From: Scyliorhinus canicula
Lineage: Eukaryota
Length of the DNA stretch: 64,000 nt
Direction: 5' to 3'
Assembly (NCBI RefSeq): GCF_902713615.1
Contig: NC_052158.1
Coordinates: forward strand, 35,889,729-35,953,728
Under the pieces are notes generated by a model. The model was not told the origin of the DNA, searched no databases, and saw only the letters and a program-made list of their open reading frames with translations. How positions within the stretch are numbered: the stretch's first letter is position 1; every line of letters begins with the position of its first letter. A program made the translations under genes and the position numbers. Positions 12,570 through 24,919 of this stretch are shown one piece after another.

Positions 12570-12821
12570 GCTATTAGTGACGCTAGTGGATAGTATTCCA
12601 TTCATCAAAATCGGCAACAGATCTGGGGGTAAACGTACATGTTCCAGTCTGAGATGGAGCCTGTTTTATAAGGTCAGTGCAGCGAGAAATATGGAGCAAC
12701 AGTGGATAAATGGAGCTGAGGGACAGATCAGTCAGGATGTGAATGAATGAAGGAACAGAGTCAAGGGGCTGAATGGCCTCATCCTGTCACACATACATAT
12801 ATATCCAGCACAGTTCCTTAC

Positions 12822-13099
12822 GCCACTGATGGAGCTTGGGCTCTGCCAGACTGCTGTGTTCAATTTGACAGGAGTATTGATCCTCATCCCCAGCACTTAT
12901 TTCAATCTGTTTCTGGATCTGATGGCACCCATCGTGGTTCGGTCGAAATCCCGAGGATAGTGTCTCAGACAGTATCTCTCCATTCCTTAGCCAGGTCATC
13001 TCGATGTCTCCATGATAAAACCCAGTAACCAGGCAGGAGAGAGGGAGCATTTGTACTTTCTATTGGGCCCTGTTCTGGAGATGATGACTTCAGCCTGGA
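12822..13099 (-). pseudogene. MHC class I (non-classical-like) alpha-3 Ig-C1 exon
   Basis: Acceptor cattacAG, then xQAEVIISRTGPNRKY, a frameshift, then LSCLVTGFYHGDIEMTWLRNGE…RPNHDGCHQIQKQIEISAGDEDQYSCQIEHSSLAEPKLHQW and phase-1 donor C|GTAAGG. Both Ig cysteines, the Trp and the CxIEHxSL motif are present. Length 278 nt (279-1) fits a single-base deletion. Confidence 0.85.
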
Positions 13100-13549
13100 C
13101 TGTAATGGGAATGGATGAAAACACAAACAATAGATAGAGACTGAATGTAATGGGAAAACGGTTTGATAGATCAGTGAAGTTAGATCAGAACATGGATCAA
13201 AACTGAAATCAATACCTTTCCGTTCAAAATATTCCTTTCCAATTCGAAAACATCCTTTTATATTTTAAGCGGATACTTCTTCCAAACACCATTTCCAATA
13301 CTTGGTCCAGGATTTTTCAGAATCCCATTTCTCTTTAGCCTTCACTGAAAAGTGATTGGATGCGACCCATCTCATTCTGCACGGTTCTAAACTAATATAG
13401 TCCTTTCATTCAAATCAAAGCGGCATTGATCCTCCACGGAGCCGTCTTCAGTGATCTCAATCAGCTTCATCCATTGAAAAGTGTGAATACCTGTCAGAGA
13501 GCCAATAGGGATCAATAATCACATTCACAGTCTGATCATGGGACTTTTG

Positions 13550-16500
13550 GACTGTGGCCTTACCAAGGTTTTGTACAGCTGCATCATCACCTCACGGCTC
13601 TTAAATTCAATCCCGCTGCTAATGAACGCTAGCACACCACAGGCCTTCTTCACAGCTCTATCCATTGAGTGGCAACTTTCAAAGATCTATGAACATAGAC
13701 CCCAAGATCTCTCTGCTCCTCTACATTGCCAAGAACCCTACCGTTAACCCTGTATTCCGTATTAATATTTGTCCTTCCAAAATTGACAACCTCACACTTT
13801 TCAGGGTTAAACACTATCTGCCACTTCTCAGCCCAGCTCTACATCCTATCTATGTCTCTTTGCAGCCGACAACAGCCCTCCTCACTATCCACAACTCTAC
13901 GAATCTTCGTATCATCTGAAAATTTACTGACCCACCCTTCAACTTCCTCATCGAAGTCATTAATGAAAATCACAAACAGCAGAGGACCCAGAACTGACAC
14001 CTGCGGTACGCCACTGGTAATTAGGCTCCTGGCTGAATATTTGCCATCCACCACCACCCTCTGACTTCTATCGGTTAGCCAGTTTGTTATCCAACTGGCC
14101 AAATTTCCCACTATCGCATGCCTCCTTACTTTCTGCATAAGCCTACCATGGGGAACCTTATAAAATGCCTTACTAAAATCCATGTACACTACATCCACTG
14201 CTTTACCTTCATTCACATGTTTGGTCACCTCCTCAAAGAAGTCAATAAGACTTGTAAGGCAAGACGTATCCCTCACAAATCCGTGCTGACTATCCCTAAT
14301 CAAGCAGTGTCTTTTCAGGTGCTCAGAAACCCTATCCCTCAGTACCCTTTCCATTACTTTGCCTACCACCGAAGTAAGACTAACCGGCCTGTAATTCCCA
14401 GGGTTATCCCTATTCCCCTTTTTGAACAGGGGCACGACATTCGCCACTCTCCAATCCCCTGGTACCACCCCTGTTGACAGTGAGGACGAAAAGATCATTG
14501 CCATCGGCTCTGCAATTTCATTTCTTGCTTCCCGTAGAATCCTTGGATATATCCCGTCAGGCCCGGGGGGCTTGTCTATCCTCAAGTTTTTCAAAACGCC
14601 TAACACATCTTCCTTCCTAACCAGTATCTCCTCGAGCTTACCATTCTGTTTCACACTGCCCTCTCCAACAATATGGCCCCTCTTGTTTGTAAATACTGAA
14701 GAAAAGCACTCGTTCAAGACCTCTCCTATCTCTTCAGACTCAATACACAATCTCCCGCTACTGTCCTTGATCAGACCTACCCTCGCTCTAGTCATTCTCA
14801 TATTTCTCACATATATGTAAAAGGCCTTGGGGGTTCCCTTGATCCTACCCGCCAAAGATTTTTCATGCCCTCTCTTAGCTCTCCTAATCCCTTTCTTCAA
14901 TTCCCTCCTGGCTATCTTGTATCCCTCCAGCACCCTGCCTGAACCTTGTTTCCTCAGCCTTACATAAGTCTCCTTCTTCCTCTTAACAAGACATTCAACC
15001 TCTCTTGTCAACCATGGTTCCCTCATTCGACCATCTCTTCCCTGCCTGACAGGGACATACATATCAAAGACACGCAGTACCTGTTCCTTGTACAACTTCC
15101 ACATTTCACTTGTGTCCTTCCCTGACAGCCTTTGTTCCCAACTTATGCACTTCAATTCTTGTCTGACAGCATTGTATGTACCCTTCCCCAATTGTAAACC
15201 TTGCCCTGTTGCACGCACCTATCCCTCTCCATTACTAAAGTGAAAGTCACAGAATTGTGGTCACTACCTCCAAAATGCTCACCCACTAACAAATCTATTA
15301 CGTGCCCTGGTTCATTACCAAGTACCAAATCCAATTTGGCCTCCCCTCTGGTCGGACAATCTACATACTGTGTTAGAAAAGCTTCCTGGACACACTGCAC
15401 AAACACCACCCTATCTAAACTATTTGATCTAAAGAGTTTCCACTCAATGTTTGGGAAGTTAAAGTCACCCATGACTACTACCCTGTGACTTCTGCACCTT
15501 TCCAAAATCTGTTTCCCAATCTGCTCCTCCACATCCCTGCTGCTATTTGGGGGGGGGGGGGGGGCTATAGAAAACTCCCAACAAGGTGACTGCTCCTTTC
15601 CAATTTCTGACTTCAACCCATACTACCTCAGCAGTTAAATCCTCCTCGAACTGCCTTTCTGCAGCTGTTATAATATCTCTAATTAACAATGCCACCCCAC
15701 CTCTTTTACCATCCTCCCTAATCTTTTTGAAACATCTATAACCAGGGACCTCCAACAACCATTTCTGCCCCCTTCTATCCAAGTTTCCATGATGGCCACC
15801 ACATCGTAGTCCCAAGTACCGATCCATGCCTTACGTTCACCCACCGTATTCCTGATGCTTCTTGCGTTGAAGTATGCACACTTCAACCCATCTCCTTGCC
15901 TGCAAGTACTCTCCTTTGTCAGTGTTACCTTCCCCACTGTGTCACTACATGCTTTGGCGTCCTGAATATCGGCTTCTTTAGTTGCTGGACTACAAATCAG
16001 GTTTCCATTCGCCTGCCAAATTAGTTTAAACCCTTCCGAAGACTACTAGAAAACTTCCCTCCCAGGATAGTGTTGCCCCTCTGGTTCAGATGCAACCCGT
16101 TCTGCTTGTACAGGTCCCAACTTCCCCAGAATGCACTCCAATTATCCAAATACCTGAAGCCCTTCCTTCTACACCATTCCTGCAGCCACATGTTCAACTG
16201 CACTCTCTCCCTATTCCTAGCCTCGCTATCACGTGGCACTGGCAACAAACCAGAGATGACAACTCTGTCTGTCCTGGCCTTTAACTTCCAGTCTAACTCC
16301 CTAAACTTGTTTATTACCTCCACACCCCTTTTCCTACATACGTGGTTGGTACCAATGTGCACCACGACTTCTGGCTGCTCACCCTCCCCCTTCAGGATCC
16401 TGAAGACACGACCCGAGACATCCCTGGCCCTGGCACCCAGGAGGCAACATGCCATCCAGGAGTCTCGCTCGCGACCACAAAATCTCCTATCTATTCCCAT

Positions 16501-16990
16501 AATCATAGAATCTCCTATTACTATTGCTTTTCTATTCTACCCCCCTTCCCTTCTGAGCCCCAGAGCCAGACTCAGTGCCAGAGACCTGGCTGCTAGGGCC
16601 TTCCCCCGGTAGGTCATCCCACCCAACATCATCCATGTTTTGAAGGGAAGCGGCCACGAGGGATCCCTGCACTGTCTGCCTGTTCGTTTTCTTTCCCCTG
16701 ACTGTAACCCAGCTACTCTTGTCCAGTACCTTGGGTGTGGCTACCTCCCTGTAACTCTACTCGATAACCACCTCTGCCTCCCGGATGATCCGAAGTTCAC
16801 CCAGCTCCAGGTCCAGTTCCCTAACATGGTCTCTGAGGAGGTGGAATTGGGTGCACTTCCCGTAGGTATAGTCAGCGGGGACACCGGTGGTCACCCTCAC
16901 CACTCACATCCTACAGGAGGAGCCCTAACCTCCACCCCCTCTTACTTTATAGAATATAACTGCCCCGTAGACCAACTGGACATCCGCCCT
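13550..16990 (-). mobile_element. CR1-clade LINE with ORF1 (zinc finger + SGNH esterase) and ORF2 (EN-RT), degenerate
   Basis: GNYRPVSLTS…QHGF…YMDFSKAF…GVPQ.SVLGP…FSDDT; EN GDFNFP and GGSDHN; ORF1 VVVHIGTN…GLHLN. Confidence 0.92.
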
Positions 16991-18154
16991 CCGACTCTGC
17001 TTCTAGTCAGCTGCACTCCCACAGTCCAAAGATGTGCAGGTTGGATGGATTGGCCATGATAAATTGCCCTTAGTGTCCAAAATTCTATGATCTATGATTA
17101 ACCTAGGACAAAAGTTCGCACAACATCATGGGCCGAAGGGCCTGTTCTGTGCTGTATTTTTCTATGTTCTATAGGGAAGTGTTTTATTATCAGGGGCTGG
17201 ATTTTAGGATGGTGGAGTTTCCTTTCCTGACATCTGAAGAGTCAGCAGGGAACACATCGCCATCCAGGCTTCCTGTTCTGCAGCCACTTCACACGGCAAA
17301 GAGCATTTACTGGCTGGAGGCGGGATTGCTGGCCTCCCTTGGGAGGATGTCCACCTCAGAGAGCTGGTGGCCAGTCCCTGGACCCTGCAGCGCGAGAGGC
17401 TGCAGTGGACAGGACTGGGACTGCAAGCAGGCCCCATGGCCTCAGTCCTAGGAGTCCAAGACCTGGGACATCTTGGGGGTCTGAGGATTGGTCGAGGAGG
17501 TGTTGCTCAGGTGGTAGGTTAGGGGATATGGGCGTGGATGATTGTAGAGAAGACAGAGAGGGATGGAGGAGGATCTGCACGGACCAGACTTTCTGGGAGG
17601 TGCCTGATGTTAAAAGGAGACTGCTGATTGAATCCCCACCCCCTCACCCCCCAGCACTCACCCCCCCATTTTCTGTCTAGTTGTGGAAGCTGATTGTACA
17701 TAAATGCTCCATGGAACCTCTTAAATCAGTGTTTCATAGCGTTTAGTTTAAAAGGTAAATGCTATAAAATGTTAGAAACAAATGCAACTTGTCCGAAATG
17801 TGAACTTTTCTGCCTCCTTGAAACTATTTCTTATGTTCAGGTTCAAGTGCTTGTATCACTGTGTTTGGAGTGAACACCGTGAATTGTGTTTCTTTTCAAA
17901 AATATAATCATCACGAAGATTCATACTTCGTATTTAATTTCAATATGTTTTAATGTCGAAAAGAATCCTACTGACTTTAGTGTTAGGAGTAAACACAGCC
18001 CTGGATAATCTGTTTTTTTAAAGAAACTAACGCGAATCGTTGTGCAATGTTCATGTCCCTTGTGGTTTCTCTGACGGATAAATGAGGTCCTACTGTGAAA
18101 GCAGAACACTTGCGTTTGTAGAATACGAACACAGAACTTCGCTTCTCTCAGAAT

Positions 18155-18224
18155 ATGGGACAGCCCGTGATCATTCTGATTGAAAATATTTACTACCCTA
18201 CTCTTGCAATAGTTGGTGTTCCTG
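18155..18224 (+). CDS. GPR139/GPR142-like class A GPCR, copy 2, coding exon 1
   Basis: ATG at 18155 encodes MGQPVIILIENIYYPTLAIVGVP plus 1 nt, then donor GTAAGC at 18225. It joins in phase 1 to 20219 (G+CT = Ala), completing TM1 (…VGVPANLVTIAIL). Confidence 0.85.
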
Positions 18225-18634
18225 GTAAGCAGCTTATAATCAGCTAATATTCATCGTGTGTTATTTTTAACTTGTTTACTGCTTCTCCTATCCGCGATAC
18301 ATTCTGTTTAGTTTAATCGGGTTGCTGTGCAGACAACCGTTTCCATCGTTAATCAACTTACAAGAATTTCCACTTTCTGAATTTTTCTTAATGTAACGGT
18401 GCAATTCATTCTGAATTTTGAAAGCAAGCCGATTTAATTTCCTTTATTAAAGGCATTTGAATTTTTAGGAAGAAAACGTAGCGAAATGTGAAATTAGACT
18501 AAAATTTTAGAAGCCCTTAGAAGGTCAGCAAGCATCTGCAGATCGAATAGAAAATATATTTTCAGCGAAGGTCGGGTTTTTTAATGCGATTGACTTGAAA
18601 CATTAATTCATTCCTCACGATGCTGAATATGCAA

Positions 18635-19520
18635 TGATAGATATGAAAGCCAAGGATCCGTTTGCTTATCAGTAAGGATCCAAACGTTTGCAGACGACAT
18701 AAAGATTTGCCGGGTGGTTAACAGTGAGGGTGAGTAGCAGGTTGAAATAGACGGGATGGTCAAATGGGCGGATAAATGGCAGATGCAATTTAACCCTGAA
18801 CAGTGTGAGGTGATACACTTTGGAAGCAGTAATTTAACCAGGACGTTTACTATGAAAGGCCAGACACTGGGAAGTTCCGAAGAACTAAGGGATGTTGGCG
18901 TGTTCGTCCTTAGATCGCTGAAGGCAGAGAGGCAGGTTAATAGGGTGGTTTACAGGCCTTTGTCAATCGGGCATAGATTATAAAAGTAAGGAGGTCATGT
19001 TGGAGTTGTATAGAAACGTTGGTGAGACTACAGCTGTGTGCAATTCTGGTCGCCACATTATAGGAAGGATGTACTGAAGGAGGTGCAGAGAAGATTCATC
19101 AGGATATTGCCTGGAATGGAAGATTTAAGTTATAAAGAGAGGTTGGAAAGGCTTGGGTAGTTTTCACTGCAGCAGGGAAGACTCATGGGTCGTCTGACTG
19201 GATTATTGTCCCTTAACTTGAAATGCCAGTTATGAGGGGACACAAGTTCGAAGTGAGGGGTGGGAGGTTTAGGGGGGATTTGAGGAAAAACGTTTTTACC
19301 CAGAGAGTGGTGACGTCTGGAATGCACTGCCTGGGAAGATGGTAGAGGCGGAATGCCTCACATCATCTAAAATGTACCTGGATGAGGACTTCGGGCGCCA
19401 TAACATTCAAGGCTATTGCCACGTGCTGGCAGTTGGGATTAGATGGGCACGTGGAAGGCCATTAATGCGTCTTTGCAGACTATGAGCCAAAGGGCCTCTC
19501 CTGCACTCTGGCATTCTGTG
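18635..19520 (+). mobile_element. CR1 3' fragment in the copy-2 intron
   Basis: WADKWQMQFNPEQCEVIHFG; collinear with 3165-4090. Confidence 0.85.
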
Positions 19521-20218
19521 AATCGATGATTCTGTTCCTGTCCCTATTATCTGGAGTGGCTTATTTAATGTATATCTGCTTGCTCTTTTTCACCTGTTCC
19601 TGAACACTTCAATCATCTATTTTCCAAGAAGCATTTTGTTCTTCCCATCAACGTGCATTCGCTCACATATAGCTGTTTGGGATTAGTTGCCATTTCTAGC
19701 GACGATCTGTATGTTTATTAAAACGTTTATCTATTTCTGGGTCGTCCTTTCAGAATTTAATCACCAATTTGTCATTTGTTTTTCCAGATTTTGACATTAT
19801 TTTCAGATTACTAAGTCCAGATTGTTTTGCAAGTGCGAAAAAACATGTGTGTCAGACAGATTCTTGTCAATTTTAACCAATTTTACCCCACCCATCGCAA
19901 GCAACAAAATTGCGTTAGCATATTCTTGTTTAAACCTGACGCCACATCAGACTCTCAATTCCTTACAGCGGGAGCATGTTGATCTCGCAAACCGTTAGGA
20001 GACTGTAAAGTTAGGCTCCGAAGTGTTGGTTATATATTTAATGTTTGCCTTTGGTGGCACATAAAGCCTACATTCCACAAGATACCGTTGCTTTTCAGAT
20101 GTTCCAGAGCACCTTGAATGGAATGTAAATCGTGCAGAATCATTCGAAGAACGAATATGTCGACTACTCTTTCTCCAATATAACGAAAATTGTCAATTTC
20201 ATTTTCGCTTCTTTGGAG

Positions 20219-21150
20219 CTAACCTGGTGACAATTGCGATTCTAGCCCGTGGACGTTGCGAGCTCTCCATATGCATCACCCGATACCTTGTGGCCATGGC
20301 AGCGGCGGATTTGTCTTTCCTGGTGTTTAATGTGATATTCTTCGAGATTAATGATTCCCATTTCCCATATTCGTTCCTCAGCTATACACCAATTTGCCGT
20401 CTTATTCTTTCTCTGGACCTTGCTTCCATTAACTGTTCTGTTTGGTTAACTGTTGCCTTCACTTTCGATCGATTTGTTTCAATATGCTGTCGGAAGCTGC
20501 GTGCAAATTATTGCACGGCGAAATCAGCAACTGTGGCGATATCAGTGATGTGTTCTTTAGCAATATTACAGAGCCTCCCAATATATTTCGTATATGAACA
20601 TCGTGAACTAATTGACAACGTGCCATGGTTCTGTACTGTAAAAGAAAGTTGCTACACCTCGCCCATATGGATAGCATATTGGTGGCTGGAAACTATGTTA
20701 ACACCCGTTCTTCCATTTATTTCGATATTGTTGTCAAACATCCTGACCATCAGGCACATTGTTCAGGCTAATAGAGTGAGAAGGGGACTCAGAGGTAACA
20801 ACAATGATCAGAATCACAAAGATCCAGAGGTCGAGAACCGCAGAAAATCAATGGTTTTGTTGCTCGCAATTTCTGGCAGTTTTATAATCTTATGGTTTGT
20901 AAATTTCGTAACTTACATTTATGTGCATTTTTCAGATGTTCAGCTTGTACAAACACATTTCAACGATCCATTCACCATTCTGGAACAGTCAGGCTATATG
21001 CTCATGACTTTGAGTTGCTGCGTAAACACGTTTATTTATGGAGTTTCCCAGCGCAAATTCAGAGCTGAGGTTAGGAATCTGTTTATGCGTCCCGTGGAGC
21101 TCATAATGCATTCATGGAAGCATGTTTCTGTACTTCGATGTATTAAATAG
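20219..21150 (+). CDS. GPR139/GPR142-like class A GPCR, copy 2, coding exon 2 (333 aa with exon 1)
   Basis: Uninterrupted ORF with TM2 AMAAADL, TM3 FTFDRFVSIC, TM5 LTPVLPF, ICL3/TM6 ENRRKSMVLLLAISGSF and TM7 SCCVNTFIYGVSQRKFR. These motifs are typical of the GPR139/142-like clade. The acceptor is ttggAG at 20217-20218. Confidence 0.9.
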
Positions 21151-21659
21151 CGATGCAAATTTCATTTTGGTAGTTAGGACGATGCAGCTGCTAGCAAATT
21201 TATGTTCTAGAGGTCAAGTGCATAGTGATGCCCTGAGTTAAATATGCCTATTGGCAGACTCGAACCCAACAGTTGAACCCCTCCAGATTTAACTGGATAA
21301 CTTAAATGAACTTGCGGCGCTCACAGTGCAATCGCCTTCCCATTAGTTCTGAGTAATTGCAAAGATATGTTCGACTTCCATGTTTATTTTTCCTTGCTCA
21401 TTAAATTGAATGAATTCATTTATCAATATCGTTAAAACTGGAAAAGTGGTATTGATTTTTAAAAGTATTTATTGGATTAGGGCATGGCTGGCCGTGCCAT
21501 TACAACTTGCACTGATGATGTGACCTCCGGACAAGGTAATTATGGCAGATATCATAAGGGATATTTCAGACATTGATGGGGCTTTAGGAAATGTTATCAT
21601 GGTGACCATTAGACTTTTAGTTCTCGACATTGTTCAATTACTTTCAGATGGTGTGACTT

Positions 21660-22400
21660 GAACGCAGGACCAAGGTCTTGGGGAGTTGGATTACGTGTCC
21701 AATGAACTGATGATGGGGATTGTAATGCAAGTGACAATAACACGGGGTGTGAGGGAGATAAGAAATGTGTTCGTGATAGGCGACAATAAATTCAAGGGCT
21801 GAGATATTGATCTCTGCAATCTCGAAAGGAACACGAAAGCATGTATCGCTTGTCGGATGCCAGTGTGACGAGGGTTAATCCATGGCTCGGAAGTACCTGG
21901 GAGCGGGACAGGGAAGATACAGCTCACTGGTCTTCATGGGACTCAATGACATTGGCAGAAACAAGAATGATGCGAAAATATTCTGAGCAGTCAGAGCCAG
22001 AATTAAAATACCGACCATCAAAAGGGATGGTGAGGCGCTGGAGCGGGGTCCGAACAAAAAAAGGGGGAGGGCGCAGTTTGAATATAAGAGAACGATTTGG
22101 AACGAGAATAATGTGGCGATTTGGCTAAAGAGAAACCTAAGAGGACAGCTCGGGACGGAAGTGTCGAAATTAATTCGACGGAAGACCAAAGGTTAATTGT
22201 AGGGAGCTGTGTTGAGCCAAGGCGTTATTTAAATGAATGCACGATGTGCAAAGAATGCGAGGATGTCCTTATCGGAATGAATGACATAAAGGCATTAATG
22301 AAAGAGCACCTGACCCTAGAAGATGCGCATGTTGAATTAACGGGAAGTAGAATTAGCATCTAGTGCGCATGGGCTGGTAAAAATGTGTGGCGGCTGTTGC
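21660..22400 (+). mobile_element. Very old CR1 ORF1 (esterase) remnant, paralog at ~51260-51950
   Basis: RNVFVIGD-like segment, comparable to the VVIGDS motif of CR1 ORF1. Confidence 0.45.
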
Positions 22401-23329
22401 CAGGCTCCCAATTGCTGTTAATTATTTGGCCAGAGTCTTATTCAAAACGTTATTGGAGTTTAAACCGGATGAATGCGATAAGTGTGTGAATTTTTTACTT
22501 TGTGCAAACTAGAAAAAGACGTTCTATTCAAGAGAAGTCTCGAAGAGGTATAGTTGGAATGGATTGGTACTGTTTCTTAGGGTAATCTGCTGCGTAACGG
22601 GCTGGGGAAAGTATCTAAGATGTATCTTTGCATAATTAGGCAGTGCTAATCAGCAGCATGATATTGCCAGATGCACCAAGCAGTAAAGATCAATATATAA
22701 TCGAATTCCATGTTAAATAATAATATTTATTAATGTCACAAGTAGGCTTGCATTACTGCAATGAAGTTACTGTGAAAAATCCTTAGTAGCCACATTTTGG
22801 CGCCTCTTTGTGTATACCTTCAGAATGTCCAAATTACCAAACTGCACGTCTTTTGAGACTTGTGGGTTTGAATTGCAATCACGAGTAAATGTCTTGTATT
22901 TAAACAACCTAACGGATATGAGTAGACGGAATGGTTAATCTTCTTTCCATGACGGGGAAAATATATGGCAGTGCAAGGATTGTGCGCAAACTTGAGTGAA
23001 ACAAGTCAGAATTTCAAATAAATTACATATGATGTAAACAAAACCGAGCATGAAAGCCCTACCAGTGACCCACTCAGGATGTTAGGGATAATATTCGACT
23101 ACAGGAGCAGGGGGCTGCTTTAGCACAGTGAGTTAAATAGCTGGCTTGTAAAGCAGACCAAGGCCAGCTGTGCGGGTTAAATTCCCGTACCAGCCTCCCC
23201 GAACAGGCGCCGGAATGCGGCGACGAGCGGCTTTTCACAGTAACTTCATTTGAAGCTTACTTGTGACAATAAGCGATGTTCATTTCATTTAGTTTACAAT
23301 GTCGCAAGGATCAGCAGCAGGTCTGAGCC

Positions 23330-24420
23330 TTGGGAAAGTTTCAGAAAACAGTCACGAAAAATCTTTATTAATGTGAGAACGTACATTATGGGTGTAACGT
23401 AGCCATAGACGCAAATGTAAAGCAAGCTTAAGAAAAGTTATGAGGATCCCTTCAGCTAAGATGTTCATACTAATGTCCAAAACGTTCGTTCAGTTTCCAT
23501 TCCAGCTTAAGTACAATTTGGAGATGCTTCTTCACCCTGCGCTGAGAGTGGAAAACAATTACAAAGAGTCACTGACAATATATTTACGGGAAAATAGCTC
23601 AGCTCAGAATGAACCATCAACAAACAATCAGCCAAAGGCCTGCTTTGAGGCAGAGCACGAATGGAATGGAATGGACGAGCTTCCAGCAGTATATAAAATG
23701 GAAGGAGAGTACGTAACCTAAGTGCTGCTTCCTTCACATGAAAGAAAGGCGAAATTATCGTGGGACTGAGGGAATGGTGGAGGTATTGCACACATATTTT
23801 GCAGCTTTCTTCACTTTATAAGTCACACGTTGTTCACCTGAAATAGAAGGTTAAGTGGATAAAAAGAAGAGTAATTACATCAAAATATTGCCATACAAAA
23901 ATATAAGTGGTCGAATACTATTTGAATACGGCGAACAGCAGCAATCAGATAAGATATAAATAAAATAGAAGCATGATAATACTCTTCCTGGAATGATACA
24001 TGAATGTTGCCTCTATCAGGAATTTATGGAACTGGCAGAGGCGACATTCGAAAGGATTTATGTCTTAATAAAGTCAGCAGCTCACGAAAATATCTTTATT
24101 GTAGTCACGTTGAAGCACTATCCAATCGCAGATGAGACAAAAACTACAGGCCGCAAATGTAAGACAGTGATCAATATATCCGATATCCAATTTACGAGAA
24201 ATATCGTTAAGCAGAAAATGGCCAGAATGCCGAAGTTGTTGTCATAAGTATTAGCAGGTGCAAATAGCATTGAGCAATGAGTCCAAGAGAGAGAGACATA
24301 AATTAAACTGTTGGAGGCGATGACCTGTTTCTTTCCTTTATGCTTGCTGTACAAACATTGCATTACTGCAATACTTTGTACAAGCCTTGAAATGCAAAGC
24401 GGGTCATGCATAATCATGCA
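23330..24420 (-). pseudogene. Heavily decayed multi-pass membrane-protein-like (possibly GPCR) reading frame, copy A
   Basis: Hydrophobic frame fragments (FGILAIFCLTIFLVNWISDILITVL) and a TM7/helix-8-like end (LLYICVYGYVTPIMYVLT…NKDF/RDCFLKL). Many stops and frameshifts. Confidence 0.35.
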
Positions 24421-24849
24421 GGCTGAACCAAAACAATTGTTGTATCAAAACTGACCCCTCTGCTTAATAGAATATATTTCTTCCCCTCTACCTATCTCTT
24501 AGCCTCTCTCTCCGCAGATGTTGACTGACCCTTTGAGTCTGCCAGAACTTTCAATTTTATTCCGCAGTTCCAAAACCCACTCTTATCTCCTTCTGCAAGT
24601 GAAAGAAAGCGGAATGGAACGCGGGATTACACCCAAACTTCAGAAATTATCGCCAGTCTAGTTTTTCCGTTAAGAATATCTCACGCACATAGATATGCTT
24701 ATCGTTTGTTCAATGATGGCGGTTATTCTCTGCACGTCAATCATATCAGCATAGAAAATTAATATATTCTAAAATCCTTACAGCGGAAGAAGCACCGATT
24801 CAATTAGACAGGATTAGTTATTCAGCGGAGACGATTATAAGCGGCTGAA

Positions 24850-24919
24850 CAGGAATACCAACTATAGCAAAAATAGGGTAGTACATATTTTCTATCTGTA
24901 TGATTCCTGTCTGTCCCAT
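24850..24919 (-). pseudogene. Orphan antisense GPCR exon 1 with inactivated donor
   Basis: Minus strand encodes MGQTGIIQIENMYYPIFAIVGIP plus 1 nt, 58/70 identical to copy-2 exon 1. Donor reads TTCAGC instead of GTAAGC. Upstream 24920-25060 aligns with the + strand upstream regions. Confidence 0.8.

Larger units (their letters stand above)
21190..24620 (+). repeat. Downstream block of GPCR copy 2; segmental paralog of 45257-45716 + 51256-54075
   Basis: Collinear anchors, e.g. accattagacttttagttct, caaaacgttattggagtt, cagcaggtctgagcct and cccctctacctatctcttagcc, occur in both copies. Confidence 0.85.

Noticed and set aside
24478-24525. Strong-looking + strand acceptor (ctctctctccgcag|atg), identical at ~53930-53975
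   Set aside because: It resembles the common Penelope-type tail (ctctccacagatgctgcc…gacctgctgag) and no coding exon follows.
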